Shown here: positions 1 to 11,455 of the stretch, in pieces
Layout of the letters: the number at the start of each line of letters is the position of its first letter
How positions within the stretch are numbered: position 1 is the first letter of the stretch
Assembly (NCBI GenBank): GCA_010093705.1
Contig: MU006093.1
Coordinates: forward strand, 322,569 to 365,606
Source of the DNA: Patellaria atrata CBS 101060
Lineage: Eukaryota
Length of the DNA stretch: 43,038 bases
Direction of reading: 5' to 3'
Notes under the pieces: model-generated
The model's input: the letters and a program-made list of their open reading frames with translations, nothing else
The model's database searches: none
What the model was told of the DNA's origin: nothing
Made by a program: the position numbers and the translations under genes

Positions 1-164
1 AACTCCCAAGGAGTAGAAAAGTGACAGCAGGATATATCGCATTAACACCAGCTCATATTGATATAATTACCACCCTCCCAACCTAAACAACATATATAAC
101 CAACCGACCAACCCCCAGAAAAAACCAATATCTACAGATATTACTCCAACGCGGTAAAGTCCCC

Positions 165-3131
165 CTACGAACCCGTCAAATCCACAACCTCGACCTCGCT
201 AAGCCTCCACCTCGACCTCCTCTCCCTCTCCCTCTCCCTTCTCACGGGAATCTCATCATCATCATCATCATCCACGAACTTCCACGCCCCAGCCAGACTG
301 GCGCGGAGTTCGATGTACCGCCTTTTGGGCCTCTCTTTCATCACTGGTTCTGTCGGTACGGGTGTTTCTGTGTCGCGAGTTCGGTTTTTAGAGTGAGAGG
401 TCGGTTGGTCGAGGGTTTGAGTGTTCGGGAAAAGCAGCGTCGGTTGAGTATTGGATCGTTTTTGCCGACTTGGACTTGGACTCAGGATCGCCGTTCTCCG
501 ATTCCGATCCAGCGAGGCCGAAGCATCTTCCACCTTCTTCGTCAGACGAGGGGAGCGCCGTGGACTGGGTGATGTGGTGAGATCCACCGACTCCGCCGTT
601 GTCCTTCGTACAGGGCCTTTTGATTGCTGCCAAGACATCGCAGGGGTCGTGCAGGTGGGTGCGTCGAGGCTGGTGAGGTGGGATTTAGAGGGGGAGAGGA
701 AGTCGGTGATTAGTCTGTCTGCCCGGGGTGTTGTGGAGGTTGTGCGGTGGAAGCGGTGGCGAAGAGGTGTGGTTGAGAGATCGAGATGTTCGATGGGTGG
801 TGGGGAGCGGGTGGGTAAGGGAGCAGAGGATGGTGGTGCGGCTGGGGGTGTTTGTTTTTCTGGGGATACTTGAGAGCGTTGGGAGGATGAAGTGGAGTTA
901 TTGCTGTCTTTTTCTTGCAGGGGGGTTCGTGAACTTGTACCGGAGGCGGATTTGGATCTGGATGGTTGGCGGCGAGCTGTGGTGCATGAATCCGATGAGG
1001 GGTTTGGGCCTTTTCCTTTCGGTTTTTTGGGTTTGTGAGGTTTCACTCTTTCTACGGGGTTGGGCTCGGTGAATATATGGTTGAGAGGAATTTTGGCAGT
1101 TCCCCGGGGTGCACATAATTGGGATGACACTGGTGGTTTTGCTGGAGAAGTTGTGAGATCGAGAATATCGATGGTTTCCAGTTTCTTACAAGCTCCTCTT
1201 GTTCTACGAGATGTTTCATCGACTGCAGTTGTGGTTGCGATGGTATGTGCCCTAGTAAACGAGCGCCGCCGTCTTTTAGGAGCAGATGCTGGAAATTCCA
1301 CAGTCTGTGAAGATGGCAAGTCATCCCTAGAAGCACCTATGGGAGGGGGTGATGAAACCTGTTCTTCCGGAACGAGCAAGCTCCGTGGTAATGTTTGAGT
1401 TGCAATAGGTAGGGAAGAGGTAGGAATTTGCGGCTCAGGCGACTTTCGTTTCGAACTCCTTTCAGGCGGAACTACTCCAGGCTTTGTAACTTTGGTATAC
1501 CTATCCAATGCACCTCGCGGTATTTCACTCTTCTTTGCCGTCTTTTTCGTTTTTGAACCTTTCGTGGCGTCTCTCGTTGCGCGCTTCATGGCGAGATATT
1601 TTCTCGGGTTCCGGAATGACTCTTCCCAGTCCTGTACCTTAAGGGGAACACCCACTTTAATAATCGATTCGAAAATCCAGACTTTTTCTAATTGCGTGGG
1701 ATCATATGTTGAGGGTCCTCTCTTCTTTGTGGCTGGTTCTCCGTTCTCATTCCCACATATCGCGTCAAGTTCTGCCTCGGAATCACTGCCAGCTTCCGGA
1801 ATCTCATCATCTGGTTCCTCGACGCTTAAATCAATCTTTACGAGATCTATGGGCAGGAAACTGACACGAAGTTCTGAGGTTTGATCCGTGGTGATGTGTT
1901 CTCTCTTCCCATGTATTGCCCTGATCAACTCATTTTCGCGCTCCATAACCTTTTCAAGGTCATCTAAGTTTTCATCGTTCCTTGAGCTCCTAGCCCTCAA
2001 CTCTTTAATAAGGAGTGCTGGGGCTAGACTTCGAATGAACTTTTTGGCACCGCTAAGTTTCACCCAGTCGAAACAATCTGCAGTAAATGTCCTTAGAGCA
2101 GGTAAGTCCATTTCCACATGGTCCCATTTGATATTCTCTCTTAGCCTCGCTATCGTACTTGGAGGTGAGAGCGCCGGCTTGGTATAGTAACCTAGTATTT
2201 CTGGATTCGGAAAGTCTTCTGGGATAATCAGAGCGCACCTTTTCCTCGTAAAATATTTGCTTTCATTCGTACGCAACTCGTACGATAGTCTTTCACGCCA
2301 GAGTTTATAACCATGGGTATCCCCTTTACTTATTTTGCATAGATCCTTCCCAAATCCTGCTCTTGCAGCTTCGCATGCTAATTTTGGGCCGCAACCTGGG
2401 ATACCTTCCGGGACATAGTCTCCTCCACTCATCATAGCTACCAGTATCATCCCCTCTCGATCAAGACCAGAATCTCCTTTTCGTATCTTGTCCAAATCGT
2501 AAAGGTTGACATGAGTTGGGACTTTGCTTGAACTCTTTTCTGGTGACCAGTTGCGTATCGTTACGCCGCTCCCGAACATGAGTGTATCTACATCTTCGCT
2601 GAGTACTACATCCACAATACCTTCGCGCTGAAGTAATGCGCATTCCGCTTCAGCTTCTCCGGGTGCAAGATGGAATGGGAACCCGAATTGCTTGAGTAGT
2701 TGTTTTGCTAGAAACTCTGGTATTGATGCGATGTTTACACCTGTCCTTTTATTTCGTTTCATCGGCGGCTTATTCGGCCCATCGAAAACAAATAAAGGGT
2801 GAATCGATAGTGAAAGCAGTCGTAGGAGTCGGTAGTAAAATGTTCGCAATGCAGGATTCGTGCCACCTATGCGCAAAGAGATGTCAACGTCCACACTGTA
2901 TGCTCATTAACCATGCGCAGAAAAGTACCTTTGCTGGACTGTATTTGAAAGAGCCATATTGAAGTATCAATGGCTATGCGTAATGGTCTTCCGGTCTCTT
3001 CGAACTTCTCTATCGCTAGTTTCGAAAGTGCGATGCGCTGCCCCAGACCGATTTCCTTGTAAATGCTACTATACTGTTAGCAAGACAAGTTGCGCAATAG
3101 ATAAAATTTCCACCTACCCATGGATACCCAT
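165..3131 (-). CDS. YEN1: XPG/Rad2-family structure-specific endonuclease, Holliday junction resolvase Yen1/GEN1
   Basis: Spliced start MGIHG (ATG 3131), introns ~3067-3117 and 2867-2928. XPG-N motifs (LRIAIDTSIW, FVFDG) and XPG-I motifs (APGEAEAECA, LSEDVD, GGDY...GIPGCG), followed by a long S/P/K-rich tail. Confidence 0.9.
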
Positions 3132-3562
3132 CTCTCATTTTTGTGGGGTAATAATGCTTTGGAGAGATAATTTTGTACGGTAGATGGCGATGTGAATATT
3201 TTGCCCCACTGTTTACTCTTTTCCTAATTGGGGATGGGTTACAATGTGTGGCCCGTGCGATGTTTACTTTACCACTTTAACACATGAAACATCATTCTCG
3301 GCGTCTGTCAGTCGCGTCCACAACCTTTTGGAACTTTTGGATATTTTATGTCCCATAATTGATTACCTGCACGCTGTTTTTTCAATACTTGTCATATCTT
3401 TTAGTTAAGGCCGGCGTCATTGCAAGACAAGCTTGTGGACAGTTCATGTTAGTCATTACCTTCCTCGTATTCAAAGTCCATTCTATCAGCTTCGCCAACC
3501 GCTTAACCGAGACCCGAGACTGACCTGAGATATAGCTCGAGTTCTCACAACGCTTCGCGGTC

Positions 3563-6500
3563 ATGGAATCTTCTCCTGACCCTCTCGCAATGTCACCGCT
3601 GCCGGCGCGTAGCGGTAGAGCAACAAAGAAAGAATCCAAAGTTAAGAAAGGCCCTCTTGCTCATAGATCATCCAATGTGTCTCTACGGGAGAATACGAGG
3701 AGTGTGTCACCTACCATCAAGACCCCTACAAAATCCCCCATGAAATCCATGATATTAAGTACTGGAGGAACTCCCGGCCAAACAACACCTTGGCGCATCA
3801 AGGTGACGGTGCAAGCCGAACCTGATAGTGATCAAGATAACACACCTACACGTGGATATAAGACAACTACTACGACAGTTCCTCTTAAGGGTTTCGAAGA
3901 TTCATCTCCGGTAGTCAAGAGAAGGGGGAGACCACGAAAGTCAGATACTGGTATTACGAAAGCCACGAAGAGGAGTGGTACTCCAGCGCGTAAGAGTTCA
4001 AATGTTAGGAGAAAGTTATCAATGGGTTTAGAAGATGATTCTATAGCTGATTCCGGGCTTGATACCGCGGAACCACCAAAGAGGAAGCGAGGGAGACCAC
4101 GAAAAAGCTTGCAAAAATCAATAGATCCGGCTGTATCTGAAGTGAATACGTTTGCCCAACTCGACGGTACATCTAGCATTATGGACGATGGGAAGTTCTC
4201 CGAACAAAGTGTCAACCCTCATTTCGACGAGCTTGCCACCCAAAATAAACCTGCTTCGAGGCCTCGGTTTGATATAGCTAATGCTACACCTCTCTTCAAG
4301 AAATACACCATTGATCCTCCTCGTGTGGAAACTCCTGACCCAAATATCAAGACAGTTAAGGGTAGAAAAGGTACACCTCGTAAACCCACTGGATGGTCTG
4401 AAAAAGACTTGAGTCCACTACCGGAATCTTCACCTATCAAAGCTACTGAACCCACACCTACGGTCGACACCAGCAACCCAAGATTCATGAGAGATAAGCT
4501 CTTTTCAGATGAAGGCCCGACTCAACCTATACCTGGTCCAGTAGGCGATGCCAGGTTAGGCAAAACCCCATCTCCTAACTCGAACCAGTTGGACAATCAG
4601 GTTGATGATAACCTGCTCGACGACATGGAGGATGACGAATATGACGATGTTCTTGGCGAGCTGGAAAACAGAACTGGTGTGACAATTATCGGTGAGCGAA
4701 CTATGATGGAAAGCGAGGAGTTCAGCATGGTATCAATCGACTCCCTACCGAGTCGACAGGTTGGAAATTCGATGCTCATGGATACTACTCATTACTCAAC
4801 TGGAGAGACATCACGCAAGTCCCTTCCCTCAGTGTCTGTCGAGAGGCGTAGTCAACTTCAAAACGACCTTTCCAATCTGTTGATGGTCGATGCCAAGTCC
4901 TCGCCCATACCTGGTGGTGTACCTCAGCATACACCACAGAAAGTTGCTTCATCACCTGTAAACCCTCCACCCATTGCTTTGTCTCAACCTCCAACCTCGA
5001 AAGTTGCTACGACCCCGGAAATTGCAAAGGTAGTTCGTGCCGGAATAGCTCTTCAGGGTGCGCTGGATACCGATACTCGTAGTAGTCCTCGTCAATCTGC
5101 AAAGTCTCGGAATCTACAAGCACATGATGTCGATGATCCTTTAGGCGCATTTGGTGAAGGTACTCAACGAGATCTACGGGCTGGACTAAGACTTGGAGAG
5201 CAACTGAGCCACACTGCTCAAGCACCCAAATCATCCCCTTACATTTTAACAAGAGGAAGCGTCTCGAAGAGTAAAGACACAGAAGTCATTCCAGACGACG
5301 ACGTATTTAGTGCGCCATCTTCCGTTCCTAGTAAATCCCTTGGTGTTCCCAGACTACTAACTCCTGAAGACAAAGACGATTATACTCTTGCGGTACCTCC
5401 GCCTCCATGTACCAGAGATGAAATTCACTATCCATCATTGAGTGCCAGGGTGGAGCAGGGCCAACTTATTAGTCCAACGAGGAGTGAGGATGAGATGAGT
5501 TGGCACGCTGACACTCCCCCATCAACTGAGGATGAGAGTTTTGAACTAGGGAATCCTTTAGCCAACGTAGAGAGGTCCAACGCCCAGGTGTCCCAGGCTA
5601 GTGCCGTAAAATCTTCTATGCAGCAAAGCGTCTGGCATGATAGAGAGGCACAGTGGCAGAGGGAACGCGAAGAGGTCATCAGGCAAGCTCAAGAAGCTAA
5701 CAGTAGCCGACTTATTGTCATAGGCGATAGTTCTGCCGTACAACCAGATAGTGATGATGACGAGGAAGAAGAGCGTAAAGGTGCGGAACAAGATAATGAA
5801 GATGTGTGGATTGAAGAAGCCAGCAGGTTATCTGATAGTCTGTCCCAGGCCAAGGTCCCTCAAGACCATCTTCCAAAGGAACCCGAACCTACTCCCGATC
5901 TATCACAACTTTTTGCAGGGGACAATAAGCCTCGTCGAAGCAAAATTCCTAGGACCTGGCGGCGACGTAGTTCAGGCAATTTCAACTACAGCGATTCACC
6001 TCAACATCAAGATATGCCATCTCCTGATCCAAACGATAGAACGGATACAAGATTGACCTCCAGCCCACCTGAGATTAACGGACCTCGGAGAGTGAATAAC
6101 AGTCGACTACAACTAGTTGAAGAAGACGAGGATATCGAGGATCCTCGCGATGACCTTTCAGAAAGATCCCCCACCAGCGAGGATAGCGATGATACTGGAC
6201 TCTTCTGGCAAACTAATCTCCCAAATGTCTACAACAGGAAGAAGGAAAAGGAGAAATTCTCAGAGCAGAAGCTTGATATGTCCGTATTGATGGGTCTTGA
6301 TAGTAGTCCATTAAAGAGTAGCCCGTTAAATCGTCGCTCAGGCCCGACTTCGTACGAAAAGACGCTACTCAGCAATGTTTCCACAAGGTCGCCCGTGAAG
6401 AGCAGTCCTCTCAAGCGACAACTATTCTCTGCGGATATTAGTAGTCAGGTTGAAGAGTCCGAAGATGAATTGTCTCCAAGACGCGCCGCTCAGGAAGAGG

Positions 6501-7690
6501 AGAGAGCTAGAATAGTATTTCTTCAACGCAGAGCTGAAATGGAACAACGAGAGGGTTTTCCTTATCCTAAGTCTAAACCTACGGAACCTCCCCGGCAAGC
6601 TTCCCCTGATCCAAAGTCTAAGCCTAAGTCTAAGGTTGTAGTCGTGTCGCCACTTCCAAAGGTTAGTCGCAACCTTTTTGAACCTGGCAAGACCTATCCT
6701 CCGCTCTTTCCGAACACAAAAGCAAGAAAGATTGAAGTAGAGGACACAAAAGCATATAACGGGGACGAATTACAAAATCACGAGTTTGAGGAAGACCAAG
6801 AGGATGAGCTTTTTGAAAGCGAAGAGATCGAAGTGGATGAAGTGGACGAAAGTCAAGAAACCGAACTAGATGAGCCAGACGAGACGCAAGTCTCTGAAAT
6901 GGTCTCAATCCAAGACGAGGATTTTGGCCAAACATACGACGACGAATCGGAAGAGCGCTCGCCCTCCCTTCCCCGAGCTCCTCTCCGACACTCAGCGCCA
7001 ACCACTCACAATCCAACTCAAGCACCTCCGACACCCTATAACCCGTCCGCCCAAGCCCCCTCTCCCGCTCCCGCTCCCGCACCAGGTCTCATCTCCCGCC
7101 TCAAATCAACCATCTGGTCCACCTTCATCTCCGCCCCCGTCCCCGAACCACCCCTGCACCCCGTAATCTCAACCCTAAACCTTCAACCCCTCCCCCGCCT
7201 TGAACCCTGGACAAAATCCCACTACATCATCCTCGATGCCCTCTTCCAAGCCTACAAACGTGACCCTCTCTCCTTCTCTCCCCTCGCCGGCCCCAACAAG
7301 GACCTCAACAACGCGCTTCTAGACTATAAACCCGCATTCTACCTCCGCCGACTCGCGGGAACGAGGATGCGGAATTGGGGGTACGAAGAGGAAATGAGGA
7401 TCCAGCATATGGTTATCGTGGCGGTGTTCTTTCAGCTGTTGAAATTGGAACGGCATGAGAGTTATGTGGGACCGAAGGGGGAGGGGATTGAGTATGGGAA
7501 TGTGGACCCGGGATCCAAAGGGACGGTTATTAGGTGTTTGGCTGTGGTGAGGAGGTTGTGGACGGTTGTTGCAGGCGAGAGGGTTAGGGAGGATGAAAGG
7601 TGTGGAAGGAGGATTAAGAGGGAGGGGGTTTTGGAGGTTTGGTGGCCTGGGTGGAAAGGGTGGGTGGCGTATTCCAGTTGTTGTGTGTAA
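3563..7690 (+). CDS. Large, mostly disordered AT-hook protein (conserved fungal hypothetical, probably chromatin-associated)
   Basis: Uninterrupted 1375-aa ORF with two AT-hooks (KRRGRPRK, KRKRGRPRK), an N-terminal TPWRIKVTVQAEP block, many S/T-P sites, acidic tracts and a folded-looking C-terminal region (PWTKSHY...). Confidence 0.8.
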   Translation: MESSPDPLAMSPLPARSGRATKKESKVKKGPLAHRSSNVSLRENTRSVSPTIKTPTKSPMKSMILSTGGTPGQTTPWRIKVTVQAEPDSDQDNTPTRGYKTTTTTVPLKGFEDSSPVVKRRGRPRKSDTGITKATKRSGTPARKSSNVRRKLSMGLEDDSIADSGLDTAEPPKRKRGRPRKSLQKSIDPAVSEVNTFAQLDGTSSIMDDGKFSEQSVNPHFDELATQNKPASRPRFDIANATPLFKKYTIDPPRVETPDPNIKTVKGRKGTPRKPTGWSEKDLSPLPESSPIKATEPTPTVDTSNPRFMRDKLFSDEGPTQPIPGPVGDARLGKTPSPNSNQLDNQVDDNLLDDMEDDEYDDVLGELENRTGVTIIGERTMMESEEFSMVSIDSLPSRQVGNSMLMDTTHYSTGETSRKSLPSVSVERRSQLQNDLSNLLMVDAKSSPIPGGVPQHTPQKVASSPVNPPPIALSQPPTSKVATTPEIAKVVRAGIALQGALDTDTRSSPRQSAKSRNLQAHDVDDPLGAFGEGTQRDLRAGLRLGEQLSHTAQAPKSSPYILTRGSVSKSKDTEVIPDDDVFSAPSSVPSKSLGVPRLLTPEDKDDYTLAVPPPPCTRDEIHYPSLSARVEQGQLISPTRSEDEMSWHADTPPSTEDESFELGNPLANVERSNAQVSQASAVKSSMQQSVWHDREAQWQREREEVIRQAQEANSSRLIVIGDSSAVQPDSDDDEEEERKGAEQDNEDVWIEEASRLSDSLSQAKVPQDHLPKEPEPTPDLSQLFAGDNKPRRSKIPRTWRRRSSGNFNYSDSPQHQDMPSPDPNDRTDTRLTSSPPEINGPRRVNNSRLQLVEEDEDIEDPRDDLSERSPTSEDSDDTGLFWQTNLPNVYNRKKEKEKFSEQKLDMSVLMGLDSSPLKSSPLNRRSGPTSYEKTLLSNVSTRSPVKSSPLKRQLFSADISSQVEESEDELSPRRAAQEEERARIVFLQRRAEMEQREGFPYPKSKPTEPPRQASPDPKSKPKSKVVVVSPLPKVSRNLFEPGKTYPPLFPNTKARKIEVEDTKAYNGDELQNHEFEEDQEDELFESEEIEVDEVDESQETELDEPDETQVSEMVSIQDEDFGQTYDDESEERSPSLPRAPLRHSAPTTHNPTQAPPTPYNPSAQAPSPAPAPAPGLISRLKSTIWSTFISAPVPEPPLHPVISTLNLQPLPRLEPWTKSHYIILDALFQAYKRDPLSFSPLAGPNKDLNNALLDYKPAFYLRRLAGTRMRNWGYEEEMRIQHMVIVAVFFQLLKLERHESYVGPKGEGIEYGNVDPGSKGTVIRCLAVVRRLWTVVAGERVREDERCGRRIKREGVLEVWWPGWKGWVAYSSCCV

Positions 7691-8691
7691 GGATGGATCC
7701 GGGGGTGTCGTGGTTGTTTGTGTAGGGTGTGGAACTGGGGTATCGTGAATGATTTGTTGGATAAGGGTGATCGTGGGGTGCGAGGAAGTATCTTGGTTAT
7801 GTACGATTGATGAACCATGACGTTAAGTACTGCATGGTATGGGTTGTACGGTAGTTTCTTATATTAGTCTGGGTTCTCGGGATCATGTTCAATCGGTTTA
7901 TGTACCCATCTTAGTTGAGTGGATTCGTCCTCCATAGCATCTATAGAAGTGCTATGATATCTCTTACGATGTTAACAAATTTCTAGTTTTCTTCAAACCT
8001 ATTTCACACACCTGATCAATACATAGAAATGACCTAGTTGAAGAAGTACTGGATGAAAAGGGCTAGCAGTTTCCCAAGTTTACAATCCCGCTTGGACACC
8101 TGCTCTTGTAACATTTTTTGCAGTTCTCCCCTAAGTAGTCTACGTACAGAACAATGGTTCGATATATGTATCCTCTATGACAGATATGTTCCTGCACGTA
8201 GTGGTCGTGTGTGATGGTACAGATAAGACTCGATTTCTTGGATATGAGGTGATCTGACCGGTGACTGTGGAATAGGAGATATACACATAGTCTGGGCGGT
8301 ATGAAGAGTTCTATCTGCATAATTTCGACTTAGCGGGTTCATCCAATATAGAGGACTTTTTCGCTCTCGTTCTCCGATCATTTATCGTATGCAGCTATGT
8401 CGTAAGATCGTTTGAACTATGACTAGAGGAGCCGTGCAGTACAAAGCTATGAGAGTCCATAGAATCGCATCCTTAAGGTAGGCGCTTGTTACACTCATCC
8501 CGAAAGTCAACTTGTTAAAATGTTTGCTCCACCCCGAACCCAGTAATGTGCTTTTGAAACCTCTACGTCTCCCGCGGAACGAGTCACATAACATAGTAAG
8601 ACCACTGTAGAGCGCAGAGCACACTTCACCAGAAATTCATCTCCAAACCATAACGTAACTTGGTTTCCTACGGTGAGGCGCTACAAATCCC

Positions 8692-10045
8692 TCAACGATC
8701 CCCGTTCAACTGCTGCGGGAAATTCCCCGGACAAGGCCCCGTACACTGTAACCCACTGCTCGCCTGATTCTGAATATTCGAGCAAAGATACTTAACCGCG
8801 GACCCACCATTCTTCTTCTTAATATCGATGCCGGAGAACTGCAAATTCTGACACGGGGCCGCAGCGCTACAGTGAATGCCAGCGCCGATATTATACCGAC
8901 TGGTGCCCTTGATGTTCTCCCACTTGATGTCGGAGATGCGCAGGCGAGAGCTGTCGCAGTTCTGGCCGGTGTAGATGCACGGTGATATGTAGATGGGCTG
9001 GTTGACGTCGTCGAACTCGATGTTGCGGAAGGTGACGTTGCGCACGTAGCCTGTGCCGGGATAGGTCTTAATCCAGGCGGCGTTGCTGCTGTGGTATGCT
9101 TTAATGTTCTCGAAGACGATGTTTTCGACGTAGTCTGGTTGGTTGGCGTTCGAGCCGATGCTCCCGATGCACATTGCACCGGACTCGTGGCAGGTTACGT
9201 TGCTGACGTGGACGTTGGTACTGTTGCCCTTGATTGAGATGCAGTCCTGGATGGAATCAGTGTTTGGGGGTTTGGAATGGGGAAGTATAGAAGGGTTGGG
9301 AGCTTACATCTCCGCATGTGACGGTCCAGTTGCGGATGACAATGTCTCTGGAGTTCCATGTGTCTGTGCCGTCCGTGTTCACTGTTGACCATTGCGAGTT
9401 GCTGGTCGCATTCATGTCGAGATTGGTCATCGTTATGTTTTGTGAGTGAGCCACGAATGTGTGCCTGTATCATGATGAGATATATCTCCTTCCAACGGTC
9501 AAAGTCTTGGTGCCTTACCAGAACTGGGGCTGTCTCCATGTTATCCCATCGATCAGCACGTTCGTCGCTTTCCAGAGCGTGAAAGATATAGGCCGTCCAT
9601 TCTGATTACCCTGATTTCTGTTCTGATCATACCAAGTTTGGCCGTTGCCGAAGAAGAGGGCTTGCCCATGTCCGCGGAACGCAATGTTCGAACCTCCAAC
9701 TCTCCACGCGGTAGAGCGCCCTGCATAGGTCACTGATATACTGTTGCGCAGCCAGTACTGGATATCCTTGCTCCAGATGAACGTTCCGTAGATGTCGACG
9801 TCGACATTCTGCAAGTCCAGCATGTCCATGACCTTTCCTACATAGTAATCGCCCGGTGTAAATTCGATTCTACCATTCTTTCCGCATCGTCTGAATGCAT
9901 CTTTGATCTGATCGGAGTCATCCAAGTTGGTGGAGGTGGAGGTAGCGGATAGTGGTGTCACAATGCATGCGTTTCCTGTCTGATTGATCGCTGCAGTTGC
10001 AAATCCAAGGGTAGCAGCAACAGCTGCAATGTATGATAAACGCAT
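8692..10045 (-). CDS. Secreted GH28 glycoside hydrolase, exo-rhamnogalacturonase/RgxB-like
   Basis: Signal peptide MRLSYIAAVAATLGFATA, introns ~9465-9518 and ~9247-9308. GH28 motifs NTDG and GD|DCISIKG are present, while the GHG and RIK sites are altered (ESGAMCIGSIG, AWIKT). Confidence 0.85.
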
Positions 10046-10719
10046 CACTTCTTAATTCTTTGCCTAATATGTGCGTGTTTTTCGATGAGGGTATTTTTCC
10101 ATGTGGGTGAGAAGCATAGCTACTCTTATACTAAAAGCCGAAAACCCTACTTACTACTCTGACATTGGAAGCTAGATTCAGATGCGAAGATCAGTATTAG
10201 TACGAGAGGGGTTCTCAGTGGTATATTCATTTACGAGGTTGAGTACGAACAAGGTTTTGGTGTTGTTCTCGAATGAAAGAATAAGCCTTTCGTTCGGCTG
10301 ATGTGTTGATCATGTTGAGCTTAATTTAAAAGCCGGCATGGAGAATCCGGGGTAGTGCTAAAATAGTGGATAGGCAAAATAGCGAGTTAGCAACAGGGGA
10401 ATGGAATGTCAAGGGTGGCGGACGAAGGGGCTTTGCTTTTAGCGATACTATTATTGATGGAAAATTGTCAACTCTAATACGACATTCTCATATTCAATTA
10501 GTATGCGAGCGACAACAGGGAATGAATAACCGTCAAGAAGAAGACTGTACAAACTGAATTGCCGCAACAAACTGTGCGAATACACCAGAACTATTTACTG
10601 TACATCCGTTATGTATCCAATATTGTACAAACCGCACTTCTGTATAGACTCCGTCCTAATTGTGTCTGTAGTGACGGCTCTCAAAGCATACCTGCTTAAG
10701 CATCCCACAGTTATCAGTG

Positions 10720-11455
10720 TCAGAGATAATCTCCTAGTAAGTCCTCTTCCTCAAAGACGGCGGGGCCTGTACTTGTAGAACATTTGCCGTCCTGTACTTG
10801 AACGTTAATCCTCCACCGTTTGAGTGGGTGAAGATAGTACCTGAGACATCATCTCGAACTGTCCACCCTCAAAACCGAATTCCACAAGGGCATCCTCAAA
10901 TGCCACCGGCCTTTCGTCCTTCGACGTGGATGCCGGTGACTCTACAGGGGTATTCGGCGTTGTCCTTCCTTGATCCGCGAGCTCGGCAGCCTCGTACTCA
11001 TCAGGTGTCATCTGATCGTCCACCTCGAAATCCATCAAGTCACCAAGCTCCTGCTCGATACTCAGTAACTATTCTTCATTCTCCGTAGATGCCAGCGAAA
11101 GTACGGGGTTATATATAGAAATACTCATCCGTGTCTCCTCGCGAGGGATGAACTTGACAGGATGACCATTGTTTTCCAAGGCCCTTTCAACCGTCTCGTC
11201 GTGTACTACCTCCAGACCCCTCACCCGCCTTACTGCCTCATCGATTATGCTCACGGCTTTGAGCGCCGCGAGTCCTTTTGCCATCTTCACGCTGGTCGCT
11301 GTGGCTTGGAATGTACCGTCTACAAAGGCCTCATCGTACCTGAGCTTTATGGTGGCTTCATAACTGTTGTCCACTTTGTACACATAGGATTCGAAATGGG
11401 ACAGTGCGCCGGATTGGGCGAGCTCGTGTAGTTGTTCGTACGCGTTGCCGGCCAT
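10720..11455 (-). CDS. Orphan protein with an N-terminal dsRNA-binding-domain-like region and acidic tail; one in-frame TAG at 11069-11071 (short product, readthrough or pseudogene)
   Basis: MAGNAYEQLHELAQ...FQATATSVKMAKGLAALKAVSII follows the dsRBD pattern. ORFs 11069..11545 and 10805..11038 are in the same frame. A phase-0 intron at 10792-10840 (GTACTA...ATTAAC...TACAG) leads to a last exon DGKC...LGDYL*. Confidence 0.55.

Noticed and set aside
388..2238. Numerous overlapping or antisense ORFs within YEN1, and likewise within the AT-hook, AAA, ARO2 and COQ7 genes
   Set aside because: Shadow frames of real genes with no recognisable motifs.
10334..10349. CGG..CCG Zn2Cys6-like site upstream of GH28 as a RhaR site
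   Set aside because: The spacer is 10 nt rather than the 11 nt described for RhaR, and it is a single short match.
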